A DNA stretch of 64,000 bases, from positions 9,997,480 to 10,061,479 of the forward strand of contig CM121342.1 of assembly GCA_051530055.1 (NCBI GenBank), given 5' to 3'. The notes under the pieces are model-generated. The model ran no database searches and was not told the DNA's origin. It saw only the letters and a list, made by a program, of their open reading frames with translations. The position numbers and the translations under genes are program-made. This stretch comes from Neoechinorhynchus agilis. Its lineage: Eukaryota; Animalia; Acanthocephala. Positions 38,032 to 49,600 of this stretch are shown one piece after another; within the stretch, counting starts at the first letter, position 1; each line of letters starts with the position of its first letter.

Positions 38032-38739
38032 TTATTCATGAGCATCATCAAGAACAACCACAGCAAATACATGGCAATCTTCCTGCTGGGAAATATTAAT
38101 TAAAAAGTCCACTACTGCCTGTCGGTCACCGATGGTCTCTGGCTTAGTTAAAGCCGAATTTAAATTATACCAAACATTTGCAATATCCCGAATGGCGAAC
38201 CAGTGCCGACTGCTGTAGTGGGTAAGACTGCTCCACCAAGATTTTTTACTTCTAACATTTAGTATAAATCCAAGGAGCGCTTGATTCCGACCGATAATAT
38301 AATCATCTATACGCTTTCTGAGTTCCAACTCGTTTCGTCGGTCTAACCAAACCATATCATAGCCTAATTCACGGAGTACTATAGCAATACAATTTACGGG
38401 AATGGATTAAAAAGAACACGATTCCCCCACTATTAATGCCATTCGTCTCGCGTACATCATAATTCCCTGCTAAACCCGTTAATCGGATCGCGTTTGACCA
38501 CCATCCTTCGTCTTTGTCGTTAAGCGCTCCCGTAGACTTTCTAATATCCTCGCTCACTTTTTTAAGTCGCTCGCAACTCACTGCATCAGGTTGTTGTAAG
38601 GCAGTTTAACACAATAGAAGATTAAAATTTGTGTTTAACTGTTCTTTAAGAGGTTATTGATTGTATGTTTGGCACATAGTCGTTGCGATTGTCGTTCATG
38701 ATAGATTAAAGTTTCATTGTTTTCTTGTTCTGCACTCAT
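38032..38739 (-). CDS. JOSD: Josephin-domain deubiquitinase (JOSD-type, no UIMs)
   Basis: IYHERQ...LCAKHTINN, GNYDV, RHWFAIR, WYNLNS. Three segments separated by two anomalous 50- and 58-nt inserts. Confidence 0.92.
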
Positions 38740-40862
38740 TGATAAAGGTCTAAAAAAGATATTGTTAGTCTGGGACGCACTTATCGGAGCATTTTTTGAT
38801 AAGTCTGAGCACAACACGCGGCGTTTTCCGATAGGAATCATTGATAAAGATTCAGCACTTGGAAAAAATAGCGAATGTCTAATCGATTGCGTTTTTTCCT
38901 TTTGTGTGTATGTAAGGATGTATGAAAACAAACGCTCATGTATGAGCGTCGTTCAATGCTGTAACATGTTATTGACATCACCAATATTTCTAAACAATGC
39001 AATCGCTGAAAACATTTATTCGATATCATGGTCGATTAGTAAATACTCGCTCTTCTTTTTCGTTAATTCTTTGAGTGAAGGATGGAAGGAGTGCTCATTG
39101 GGGAGCTTTGAGATTAGCTCCAAACTCAGGCACTTCACTCGTTCCAATTAAAAATAAAGCAAACACAAGAACATGGAAGGATACAAACCAATTGAGAGTT
39201 TATAGTATGTACGACTGCAGTAAATAAATGGTCTATTAGCAACCTAGGCTTATTTAAAACCAATTTTTTGGAGTTTATTAAAGAATGCCACAAAGTGAGC
39301 GTTTATTCAAGCGGAGTTCATGACGAATCAACGCTAATGCTAATTTTAGCGAAAGTAAAATATATATAGGGTTTTAAATTTTCATTCATTTGATAATATT
39401 ATCGGTTTCAAATTTAAAAGTTTGACGAATACTATCTTTGAAGCACTCTGTGGAACTACCTCACTGAGTTGCACCTCTCTGTGAGTGTGTGTCATGAGTT
39501 AAAGATAACTACTTCGAAGCTAGAAAGTGGTACGTTGTGTTCATATACACAATCTCTCTTCGATATACAATAGATCAAAAATATTCAACATTGATTTAAA
39601 TAAATAATTTCTACTAATAAATTTTACAGGTTAGAAACACAAATTAAACTGTTCACACACAAGCACAAAATCATGCATTTGGATATGAACCAAAAAATCG
39701 CAAGATAGAGGCGCTTTTAAGTTATTTTCGGTCAATGACTCAATTTTACGCATGATAATTATCGCATCTCCTTTTTTTAAAAAATAAAAAAAGATAATGA
39801 TGTGACTCGCAAAAACATAAATTGGTGTGAGAATTCTGATTTGGAAACCGGGTATAAAAAACCACTCAAAGAATTTATCTCACTTAATTCTTAGTACTAC
39901 TCGAAAATGGTTCAACTTGTTGAAAAAGGATGCCTTAGTCTTCTTTTCCTCATTTTATTCTCTTACTATCCGGTTCTCTTTTTGTAGCTAATGCGACATT
40001 AAACTTTCATTAATTAAACTTAAACGGTTCGGCATTTTACTTGCGATAGTCCACAAAAACGCGAAGATTGAAATGCATATTGAACTTCATCATTAGAATT
40101 TAGCGAAAAAAACTATTATGGAGCATTGAAAGCTTTAAAAAAACTCGGATGATACTTGTTTTCGATTTTTCATTCCCTGTTCTAACGAAGCATGTATATG
40201 ACTTTAGTACCGTCGGAAATTCTCAAGGGATACTTTTAATTCGATAATGCACTGTAGACGAAATGTTAGATAGAGATTAAACGCATTTTATGGGATCTGC
40301 GAACAAATCGGAATAGATAGTTTAAATGAACGTTGCTTTAGCATTTAAATATGATCGTAATTACTGACAATCATTTCGTGATTAAAAACGCATTCATGGC
40401 AGCGAAAATGGAAAACTCGTTCAATAAAATTTATGTCTCACTAGGAAATGTGCAGCCTAAAGAACTTAAAGTTAGTTAAAAAAATTTCAATTGTGGAATT
40501 AAAGATTATAAAAGAAAGGAATAAACCTGAAGGCGAAAACGTTTTCGGTTTGGTCGCAGATCTTCGTTAAAACAAAGTGCATCTTCATTACTGTTTCATT
40601 AGCGAAAGTCTTTTTCTCCCAATTAAAACACAATCTGAAATCTTTCCTTTTAAGCATTCAGGCGGTAATTTCCATTTGAAGGCAAGCATTATCGAAACTA
40701 TTAGGCGATATGAAAGTTGCAAGGCATAATTTTTCGTATTAGAAAATTAAACTTTTGTAAATTAAAAAAAGAGAAGGTTTTGACCGAAAATTTTATGTGC
40801 ATAATGTGTTTTCCATAGACGGCCCATAAAAACAAAATTCTTAAGCAAGAGACAAATCACGG

Positions 40863-42041
40863 TCATTCAGCATTAAATTTGCAAAATCCATGTCGAAGAT
40901 CTCCTACCCTTGTATCTAACCATATAGGCGGATGGCCATGATAATCGAGAAGTTGTTTGCAGTGTACGCACTTCCCTTGTAACAAAGATTTGGTCACTTT
41001 TTGAATAAAATACAGGAGTGATCTGAGTGAAGCGATTGGCTGATCGCTATCGCATAATTGCCACCCTTGAATCATGATTGAAGTTTCGATTTGTGTACGT
41101 AAATCTCGCTGACACTCCCCTTCAAGTGAATAGAACGTATGGTTCAAGTTTTTCATTATATTTCGGGATGCCAGTGGAAGTGAACAGGGTGAATCGGTAG
41201 CCATCGCTGCGATCAAGCTTCCGTCGGTTTCTAAAGTACCAGTGGAATCAAGGCTTACTGCAACTTGTTCAAGTATACACTGTGAACGAATCAGGAGTTC
41301 GATTCGAATGAGTCGATCGCAAGTGATCACAAGTCTACAAAATGGATCACCGTTATCATTTGTACAATCGGATTTTATAGAAATTCTGAAACCATCAGTT
41401 GAGATGCTTTCAACTGCGTTTTGAATGGAAGCCAATGAGTTCACATTTTTTACGGAAGCGAGAGGTGGAAGCCTTGGCTTCTGGGCACAAATCATATTTT
41501 GAAAATGTGATCCTTTTATGTGTTGGTCTATTGCTTGAGATGCTAGTTTGGCCTTTTGGAACCAAAGAGCGAGTTTTGTGAGTTTGTCGTCCATGGCTTT
41601 GTCGTCAAAGTCGGCTAAAGTATGAAACAGCGGATACGCTATTATCCTTGGTATGAACAAAGATGGACTGTTGGATAGTCTTTGAGACACACTGTGAATT
41701 AATTCCATTGTCGATGTCATCCGTTTTAAACAATCGTCAACTATATCGTATTTTAAAGCACACGGGTCTGCAGCAAGACTAAGAAGGAGCTCTTCTGTTG
41801 AGATTCGAATGGATGAGACAAGTTCTAATATTCGTCTAAATCCTTCAACTTCAAATTTATCCTCGGATCCATCAGGTCTTCCAAAAAAGAATACCGGGAG
41901 GTTTAAAGGAGGACGCGGTTGATGGGTTTGCAGTTGAGCAGCCGAGACCGACATTGAACGTCTTGGCATCATATTTCGATCCATTGCTCCAGCCAAAGGA
42001 TGTCGTACTGCACTCTGTTGCACGTCTGCTATTTTTAGCAA
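40863..42041 (-). CDS. MED27: Mediator subunit 27
   Basis: C-terminal LRSLLYFIQ...KCVHCKQLL..GHPPIWLD.R....HGFC ~ MED27 CQRCGKFLQDGLPPTWRDFR...HDTC; true start uncertain. Confidence 0.85.
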   Translation of the reverse strand: MLKIADVQQSAVRHPLAGAMDRNMMPRRSMSVSAAQLQTHQPRPPLNLPVFFFGRPDGSEDKFEVEGFRRILELVSSIRISTEELLLSLAADPCALKYDIVDDCLKRMTSTMELIHSVSQRLSNSPSLFIPRIIAYPLFHTLADFDDKAMDDKLTKLALWFQKAKLASQAIDQHIKGSHFQNMICAQKPRLPPLASVKNVNSLASIQNAVESISTDGFRISIKSDCTNDNGDPFCRLVITCDRLIRIELLIRSQCILEQVAVSLDSTGTLETDGSLIAAMATDSPCSLPLASRNIMKNLNHTFYSLEGECQRDLRTQIETSIMIQGWQLCDSDQPIASLRSLLYFIQKVTKSLLQGKCVHCKQLLDYHGHPPIWLDTRVGDLRHGFCKFNAE

Positions 42042-42085
42042 TTTATTTCTGAATCTTTTAAGACATTCAAAGCATTAATAAACTA

Positions 42086-42490
42086 CTAAGTGTCTAGAAG
42101 AGGGGAACCCGTTTGCCTTTGTGATGCCATCGACATCGGCATCCTTTGGGGTCTCATGGATGTAGGCATCGCGCTCATACCCATCAGGCTTTGCCTATTT
42201 ATCATCTGGCTTCGCATCGATACGTCGTATACGCTCTGGGAATTCATATTGCTGGGCGGATAATGCCCTTGAGATGTGACCATCATGTGGCTTCCTGGAT
42301 GATGAGGTTGATTGTGGAATGATGAGAGATTCGGATCATTTTGATTGCTGAACATGGGAATTCCAGGCTGTACGGGTGTCCGGTAAGTCGTTGGAGGACG
42401 CAGGTACGGACTGCTTGTTGAACTTTGAGAATGAGACCAATCCATTGATGATGGACGTCGAGGAGGTGGATAAGGTGGATCGGATGGCAT
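42086..42490 (-). CDS. Pro/Ser/Met/Gln-rich low-complexity ORF; possibly the first exon of MED27
   Basis: 134-aa ORF starting at ATG; a phase-1 GT donor (ACG G|GTTCCC) is compatible with a phase-1 AG (ATAG|CA GAC) in the MED27 frame. Confidence 0.5.
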   Translation of the reverse strand: MPSDPPYPPPRRPSSMDWSHSQSSTSSPYLRPPTTYRTPVQPGIPMFSNQNDPNLSSFHNQPHHPGSHMMVTSQGHYPPSNMNSQSVYDVSMRSQMINRQSLMGMSAMPTSMRPQRMPMSMASQRQTGSPLLDT

Positions 42491-43862
42491 CTATAGATTT
42501 TGGAAATTGGATTTTGTGTTTCAGTAAAGATTTTAAGGTATCCTTTCTCTGGAACGGTCATTAATCGCACACACAAACACAATCAAAATTAACAAGATTA
42601 TCGAGTTGAAAACATCGGTAATGATTTCAGTCCAGTGTTTTCTTTTGCTGCACTCCACAGCGAAACTTAGTCTACAAACTATTTTAATAAAAATTAAGAC
42701 ATTTCGTCTCGTGTTTTCATCCAAAATCACGGAGATTAACAAAAATGTTTATTCATATAATTTCATGAATTCTTTGTATGAAAGTCCGTGAAAGTGGATT
42801 GGTCTTTTATTTAAAAAGAATAATGCTAGTTTATATCGGTGAAAAACTGAAGGAATAGTATTACATTTGTTTTCGGAGCCACAATCTTGTATGCTGTTAT
42901 GAAAACACTCGAAAAAACGAGCAAACTTGATCAAAAGACGTACAAGATCTCGGATCCAGCAAATTCCTTTAATTTTTCACCGCCATAAACAACAAGAATA
43001 ATTTAATCTTCAAAAATGACCATGTAGGATTCGCATGATGAAACGTTCATATGTACACTATTTCCTGCAAATATAAGAAGGTAATGTGGGCCATCATCAA
43101 TTTTACACAAAAAGCGAATTTCCTGCTTAAATTTTTTTAAAAAAAGCGTTTTGATTTGCAGATTTGTCGAATTATCTAACAAACAATCTTTTTTCATTTT
43201 CGGAGGTCTTTAAAAATGTTAATTAAAAATACTAATTTATAAAAAGGTTCAATGAATTGTGGATGATCTCATTAGGGAAAATGGTTCGCAATCAATATAA
43301 GTACTCACGTTAAGCTTTAAATATGAGATTGCTAATTTTGTTTCGCTGATTGTCTAATTGATCTTAAATAAAACGTAGTCATTTTTTCTAAATCTTATAT
43401 GGCCGATCACCTTGCTATAAATAGATAAACCCAAATCGATCTTTAAGCAGACTTGCGACGCTTCATTAAAAAAATTAAATATCGAACTTTGTGCCAAATA
43501 CAAATATGCCGAATTCACACAATAAAAACTTGTGATTTGTTTCTCGTTATCAAAATTATCTCTTCAGCTCAATGTATGACTTATAAAAAGTTCACTAATA
43601 ACTATTTTTAGTGAGATTTCTTAGTGGCTAACACTTTAGTCGCTAATTTGAAAGATATTTAGGATGATGCTCTCTCTTTATTTATTTTTTCATTTCAAAT
43701 AAAAATGTCAATTAAAGTTAGTACTGAGAGAAGAGCAAAAAATGGACAAGGAAAAAGTCTACTGATTTTTTTCCTTTATACAAAACCAAGACGGTTGACT
43801 GAGAGCAAATACTCTATTCTCGAAGCATAATAAAAACAGTTTACAAAATCGCTAATAGAACA

Positions 43863-44946
43863 CTAATCGAGGAAGATAATATCTCGTTCGTCCTTTATCT
43901 CCACACTCTCGTCGCTATCCACGGATATGACTAATGGTGCTTCCTCACTAATTCCAACGAGCGATTGAGAATTGGGCGTAGGACACGAAACGTGAGAAAT
44001 TCCAGAGTTATTAAGTTCATTAAGAATCTCAGAAGCTCTTTGTTCCAATCGATATTCTGCATTCGGGTTCTTCATTAGTTTACTAGCAAGAAGTTCATCA
44101 CTGAGAGCTGGATCGGAGTCCACAAGTTGCTTCCACGTGGACCGAATATTGTTACTATTAATTTCCGGATTTATTGACAAAAGGCAATGATTCATTAAAA
44201 GCTCAAAAAATCATCATTACCTCTGCCGCCTACATGAGAGATCAAAAACTCCATCCTTTCCGTTCGTCTTTGATGAACAATATCTTCCAATAGCATAGTA
44301 AACAAAACCCTCCTTTCGGCTTCCAATTCAGGACTATCTTCCTGTCCTGTAGCTGCTCGTATAGCCTTTTTAACATCTTCAAAATCAGGAAGATTTGCGT
44401 CCATTCGTCTAATAAGATGAGTAAGTGAAGCGTTTATCATTGGACATTTGGACCGTTTAAAAAAAATCCATTATTAACATCGATAGAGCGTTCAGTGCTT
44501 CCTAAAGATTCCTCCAAGCTCTTGATATTCTTATCGTATCTTGAAACGCGCTCTCTTAAATCGTCAATCTTCACGAACGCCGAGTCTTCATTGTCCAAAT
44601 CAACATCGCCTTCTTCTATTTCCTTCAATCTACAAATCACCTTCTCAAGCTTTCGCCGATAACGGTTTAACTTTCTCTTCTTTTTCTCGTCTTGTATTGC
44701 CTCTTCTGATACTTTTGGCATTTGTTCTAATGACAAAATTAAGTCGAGAATCATTCTATGCTTAGTCTTGTTCCGGTCTTCCACTAATTCGGTTGATTTC
44801 AATTCACGCTGACACTTTCGCACTGCCTGTGCGACCAGCTCTTTGTCACGGTCTTCAACGAAGTGATTAATCAATTTCTGGTACCTCTCAAACGCGAATC
44901 CAGTAAATATACGGCTCATTGTGATGAATAGTGATTGTAACTCCAT
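43863..44946 (-). CDS. DAXX: DAXX-like histone H3.3 chaperone, split over three reading frames
   Basis: LNRYRRKLEKVICRLKEIEEGDVDLDNEDSAFVK, LPDFEDVKKAI and DSDPALSD match the DAXX histone-binding domain. Confidence 0.78.
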
Positions 44947-45394
44947 TTTACTTCTAAAAATAACGAGAAAATGATCGAAACTAAACAAAACGTGAGCGCA
45001 AATGTTTTAATTTAATTGCTCGCGCGTGATACCTACATGTGACGTAATATAAATACAGAAGAATCGATGCAGTCGTACAACAAATTCTTAGTAAATAACT
45101 AGAATACTAGAATTGAATTATTTTTCTTTACTTCGCCTTGACCAAAAATAATCCATGGAAAACATCTTCACAACTCGGATTTCGCTGTTGTGCTTCCTTA
45201 GAAAACGGTGGTTCCACTTTTTCAAGGCAAGTTTTAAACATTCGCACTTGTGCGGTGTGTAGATTTAACACTTTAACAATGATAGAGAAGGCGAGGTTTC
45301 CTGGCGAAATATTTCAAAAGAATAAAATGATTTTTAACCGGGAGTATCTTCACCATAAGTCAAAATTTAATATTTATGTTGTTGAACACAGTAT

Positions 45395-46657
45395 TGAACA
45401 TCCCTCCGGATCCTCAGATATTCTCCGAGGAGGCAGGGCTCACCAGTGAATTTCCTTAATTCAGCAATATTTCGTTTCCTTTGGTTATGAGTCAACGGCG
45501 ATAATGGATCTTGAACCTTTTGACTCGGAAACAGAGAACTTCGCCCCAACTACAGAACGTACAAACCCTCCCAGATTTAAACCTTGGGTAATTGTTTAAA
45601 TATTTTTATCTTTAATCTGGCTAGCCGGTTACTTTTTATTCAGCGTTGAAGTGTCCTTCCCTTCCATGGCTAATTATTTTCCTCTGACAAACAACCCACC
45701 GATTTCTTGGATCAGGGAAGCGCATAAAACCAATTAATGCCCGCGACCGTACGGCCAAGAGTTTGTACGCATCCCTCCGGATCCTCAGATATTCTCCGAG
45801 GAGACAGAGCTCACCAGTGAATATTCTTTCTTCAGCAATATTTCGTTTCCTTTGGTTATGAGTCAACGGCGATAATGGATGTTGAACCTTTTGACTCGGA
45901 AACAGGGAACCTCGCCACAACTACAGAACGTACAAACCCTCCCAGATTTAAACCTTGGGTAATTGTTTAAATATTTTTATCTTTAATCTGGCTAGCCGGT
46001 TACTTTTTATTCAGTGTTGAAGTGTCCTTCCTTTCCATGGCTAATTATTTTCCTCTGACAAACAACCCACCGATTTCTTGGATCAGGGAAGCGCATAAAA
46101 CCAATTAATGCCCGCGACCGTACGGCCAAGAGTTTGTACGCATCCCTCCGGATCCTCAGATATTCTCCAAGGAGAAAGAGCTCACCAGTGAATTTCCTTC
46201 CTTCAGCAATATTTCGTTTCCTTTGGTTATGAGTCAACGGCGATAATGGATCTTGAACCTTTTAACTCGGAAACAGAGGACTTCGCCCCAACTACAGAAC
46301 GTACAAACCCTCCCAGATTTAAACCTTGGGTAATTGTTTAAATATTTTTATCTTTAATCTGGCCAGCCGGTTACTTTTTATTCCGTGTTCAAGTGTCCTT
46401 CCCTTTCATGGCTAATTATTTTCCTGTGACACACAACTCACCGATTTCTTGGATCAGGGAAGCGCATAAAACCATTTAATACCCGCGACCATACGGCCAA
46501 GAGTTTGTACGCATCCCTCCGGATCCTCAGATATTCTCCGAGGAGACAGAGCTCACCAGCGAATTTCCTTCCTTCAACAATATTTCGTTTCCTTTGGTTA
46601 TGAGTCAACGGCGATAATGAATCTTGAAACTTTTGACTGGGAAACAGGGAACCTCGC
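45395..46657. repeat. Tandem array, ~3.4 x 370 bp, truncated by an LTR element
   Basis: CATCCCTCCGGATCCTCAGATATTCTCC at 45401, 45771, 46141 and 46512. Confidence 0.95.
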
Positions 46658-49600
46658 TGTGATATTGAGCGTCACAATTGACCGATCAATAGTGGCGGTT
46701 TCAAGTGTGCGCACGTTCGTTTTGTTATTTCGTTTCGTTGGCGCAATAAAACCTAGTTCAGGTCTAGTTCAGGCATATATTATAACAATTTATTGAGCCA
46801 ACCTCCTATTCGAATTCTATGGAGGACGAAAAATCTCTATTGGACGATTCAACCATTTCATGTCAAAGAATGAACCCCAACTTTAAAATCGAACGGTTCA
46901 ATACGTTACCGCATGAAAACGGTTCGGCGAAAAGATTCAAATTGTGGAAAAGAAACCTCAAGTACTTCATACAATCGGTCAACAACAAGGATGACAAACT
47001 CGAGTACCTATTTGCCAATATTGGACCGGATGTATTTGAGCTTCTCGAGGAAGCCCAAAGTTTTGACGATGCGTTCTCCACCTTGGTAAAGCTCTATGTT
47101 AACAAACCAAATGTTGTATTGACTCGACATTTGCTCGCCACTCGCAAACAGCTGGATTCGGAGGACATCGATCAATACGTCTTGAGCTTAAGGAACATCG
47201 CTCGTGATTGTGGCTTCAAGACATCTAGTGGAGAAGACATCAAAGATGAATCCATCCGAGATGCATTTATTGCTGGGATCAAATCGAGTAACATAAGGGG
47301 AAGATTGTTGGAAATCGAGGATTTGACCCTATCAAAGGCTATCACGATCTCGAAAAGTATCCAATGTGCGGTAGATGGTTTGGAACAATTCGATGACAGT
47401 AAAACCAGCCAATGCTTACGCAGTTTAACCGTCGCTGATTCTACCTTTGCTGATTCGATAACTGAAAATCTGAATTGCAACGCTGCCATGGCTAGCGGTA
47501 AGAACGAGGGATTTTCCGGTGGATCAATATGCTTTTTCTGTGGGAATAAGCGACATCCCAGAAACCTATGTCCTGCTAACGAAGCCAGGTGTTATAACTG
47601 CCAAAATAGTGGGCATTTCGCTAAGATGTGCAGATCCAAAAACCCAATAAGGCCGAACTATCGTCCGTTTTTCTTGCTTGAACTACGTATGATGGCCCTT
47701 CGAAACCGACCTAGCTGGAAATCCCAGTAACGATTCAAAACAAGACGTTTCAAGCCTTACTCGATACCGGTAGCTCTCTCAATTTCATCGACAACATCAC
47801 CTCAAAGAAACTTAATCTTGTTTCAGAGCCTGCATGTATGAATGTTTCTATGGCATCCGGACGTGCAACAAAGCGGGCGCTAGGAAAGACCTATACCAAA
47901 GTACAGTATAAGGAGGAGAATACTGAAAACTTAGAATTCTATATATTGCCTGACTTATACTGTGACATTATCTTGGGCTTGCCCTTTATCAAACTACACA
48001 AGGAATTACGAGTAAAACTGAATGGAGGGGGAAACATTCTCGAATTGACAGCCGTCGTTACCGATCATACATCAAGCGAGACCATATTCAGTCCGACCCT
48101 TTTCGAAAATTTGAGCGCCGATTGCCATCGCCACGAAATCTAGATCGTATTTTGGAACGGATTTTCAATTTATCAAATCGGAGATAGGACGTGTGCTTAA
48201 AGATGATATTATAGAAACTTCAAACTCGCCGTGCCGTGCTCAAGTTGTCCTTGGTAAAAAAGAAAACGACAAAAAACGTCGACTTTTCTCAAACGATAAA
48301 TAGGTTTACATACTTGGATGCCTACGCGTTACCGAAAATTGAAACCATAGTTAATGATATCGCAAAGAATACAGTGTTTAGTCAAATTGACTTGAAGGAT
48401 GCATACTATCAAGTTCCGATAGACGCCAAAGAGAGAAATTATACGTCCTTCGAAGCTTGCGGAAGATTATACCGATTCAAGAAGGTTCCCATGGGATTCA
48501 CGAATAGCGTGGCCGTGTTCCAACGCTTTATGAATCACATCATCGAAGAAAATAAACTCGCAAATACTTATTCGTATTTGGATGATGTAGTCATACGTGG
48601 GAAGATCCAACAAGAACACGATCAAAATCTTGAACGTTTCAAGGAAGCGGTGACCAAGAGAGGGCTGAAACTAAACGGCTCGAAAAGCCGATATGGACTC
48701 AAAAGAGCTTTTGTGCTAGGATACGAAATCGGGGATGGACAATTAAGCCCTGACCCTAACAGACTTAAGCCTCTCAACGACATAGCGACTCCCACCGACA
48801 AGAAAACGCTTCAACGATTAGTGGGATTTTTCGCGTACTACAGTCGGTGGATTCCGAATTATTCGAAGAGAATTCAGTTCTTGGTATCGAATCACATAAA
48901 ATTTCCCTTGTCCAATGAAATAACGACCTTGATTCGGTCCCTAAAAGTCAATATCAAAAATGCGGTGATTAATAGTATCGACGAAGGAAAAGAATTTGTC
49001 CTTGAAACAGATGCTTCGGAAAACGCCGTTGGAGCGGCTTTATTCGAAAGTGGACGCCCTGTGGCCTTCTTTTCGAAGACATTGAAAAAACACGAAAAGC
49101 GATACCATATCGTCGAAAAGGAAGCGTATGCTTTAGTTGAAGCTGCGAAACACTGGAGATATTTCTTGGCCATTCGACCATTCACTGTAGTCACTGATCA
49201 AAAATCAATCTCATTCATGATGAACCAACAACATTCAAACAATTAGAAACGAGCCAATCCTTCGTTGGAGGTAGAACTATCCCCCTATAAATATACATTG
49301 AAATATCGCGCCGGACGAGAAAATCTAGCAGCCGACGTTCCGTCACGCGATGGTTGCGCAGCAATATATGACGGAGAAAATGGTTCGAGACTACGACGAC
49401 TCCCCGAAATCCATAGAAAACTTGGTCATCCGGATGTTACAAGAATGCAGCATTATACGAGGCAGAATAATATTGCCTTCTCTTAACAGGAAATCCGTGA
49501 AGTTATCGCCGCTTGCCCTGTTTGCTGTCGTATTAAAGCGAGGTTTTTCAAGTCACAAGGTCTACACCTCCTCAGGGCCACAAGACCTTTTGAACGTCTA

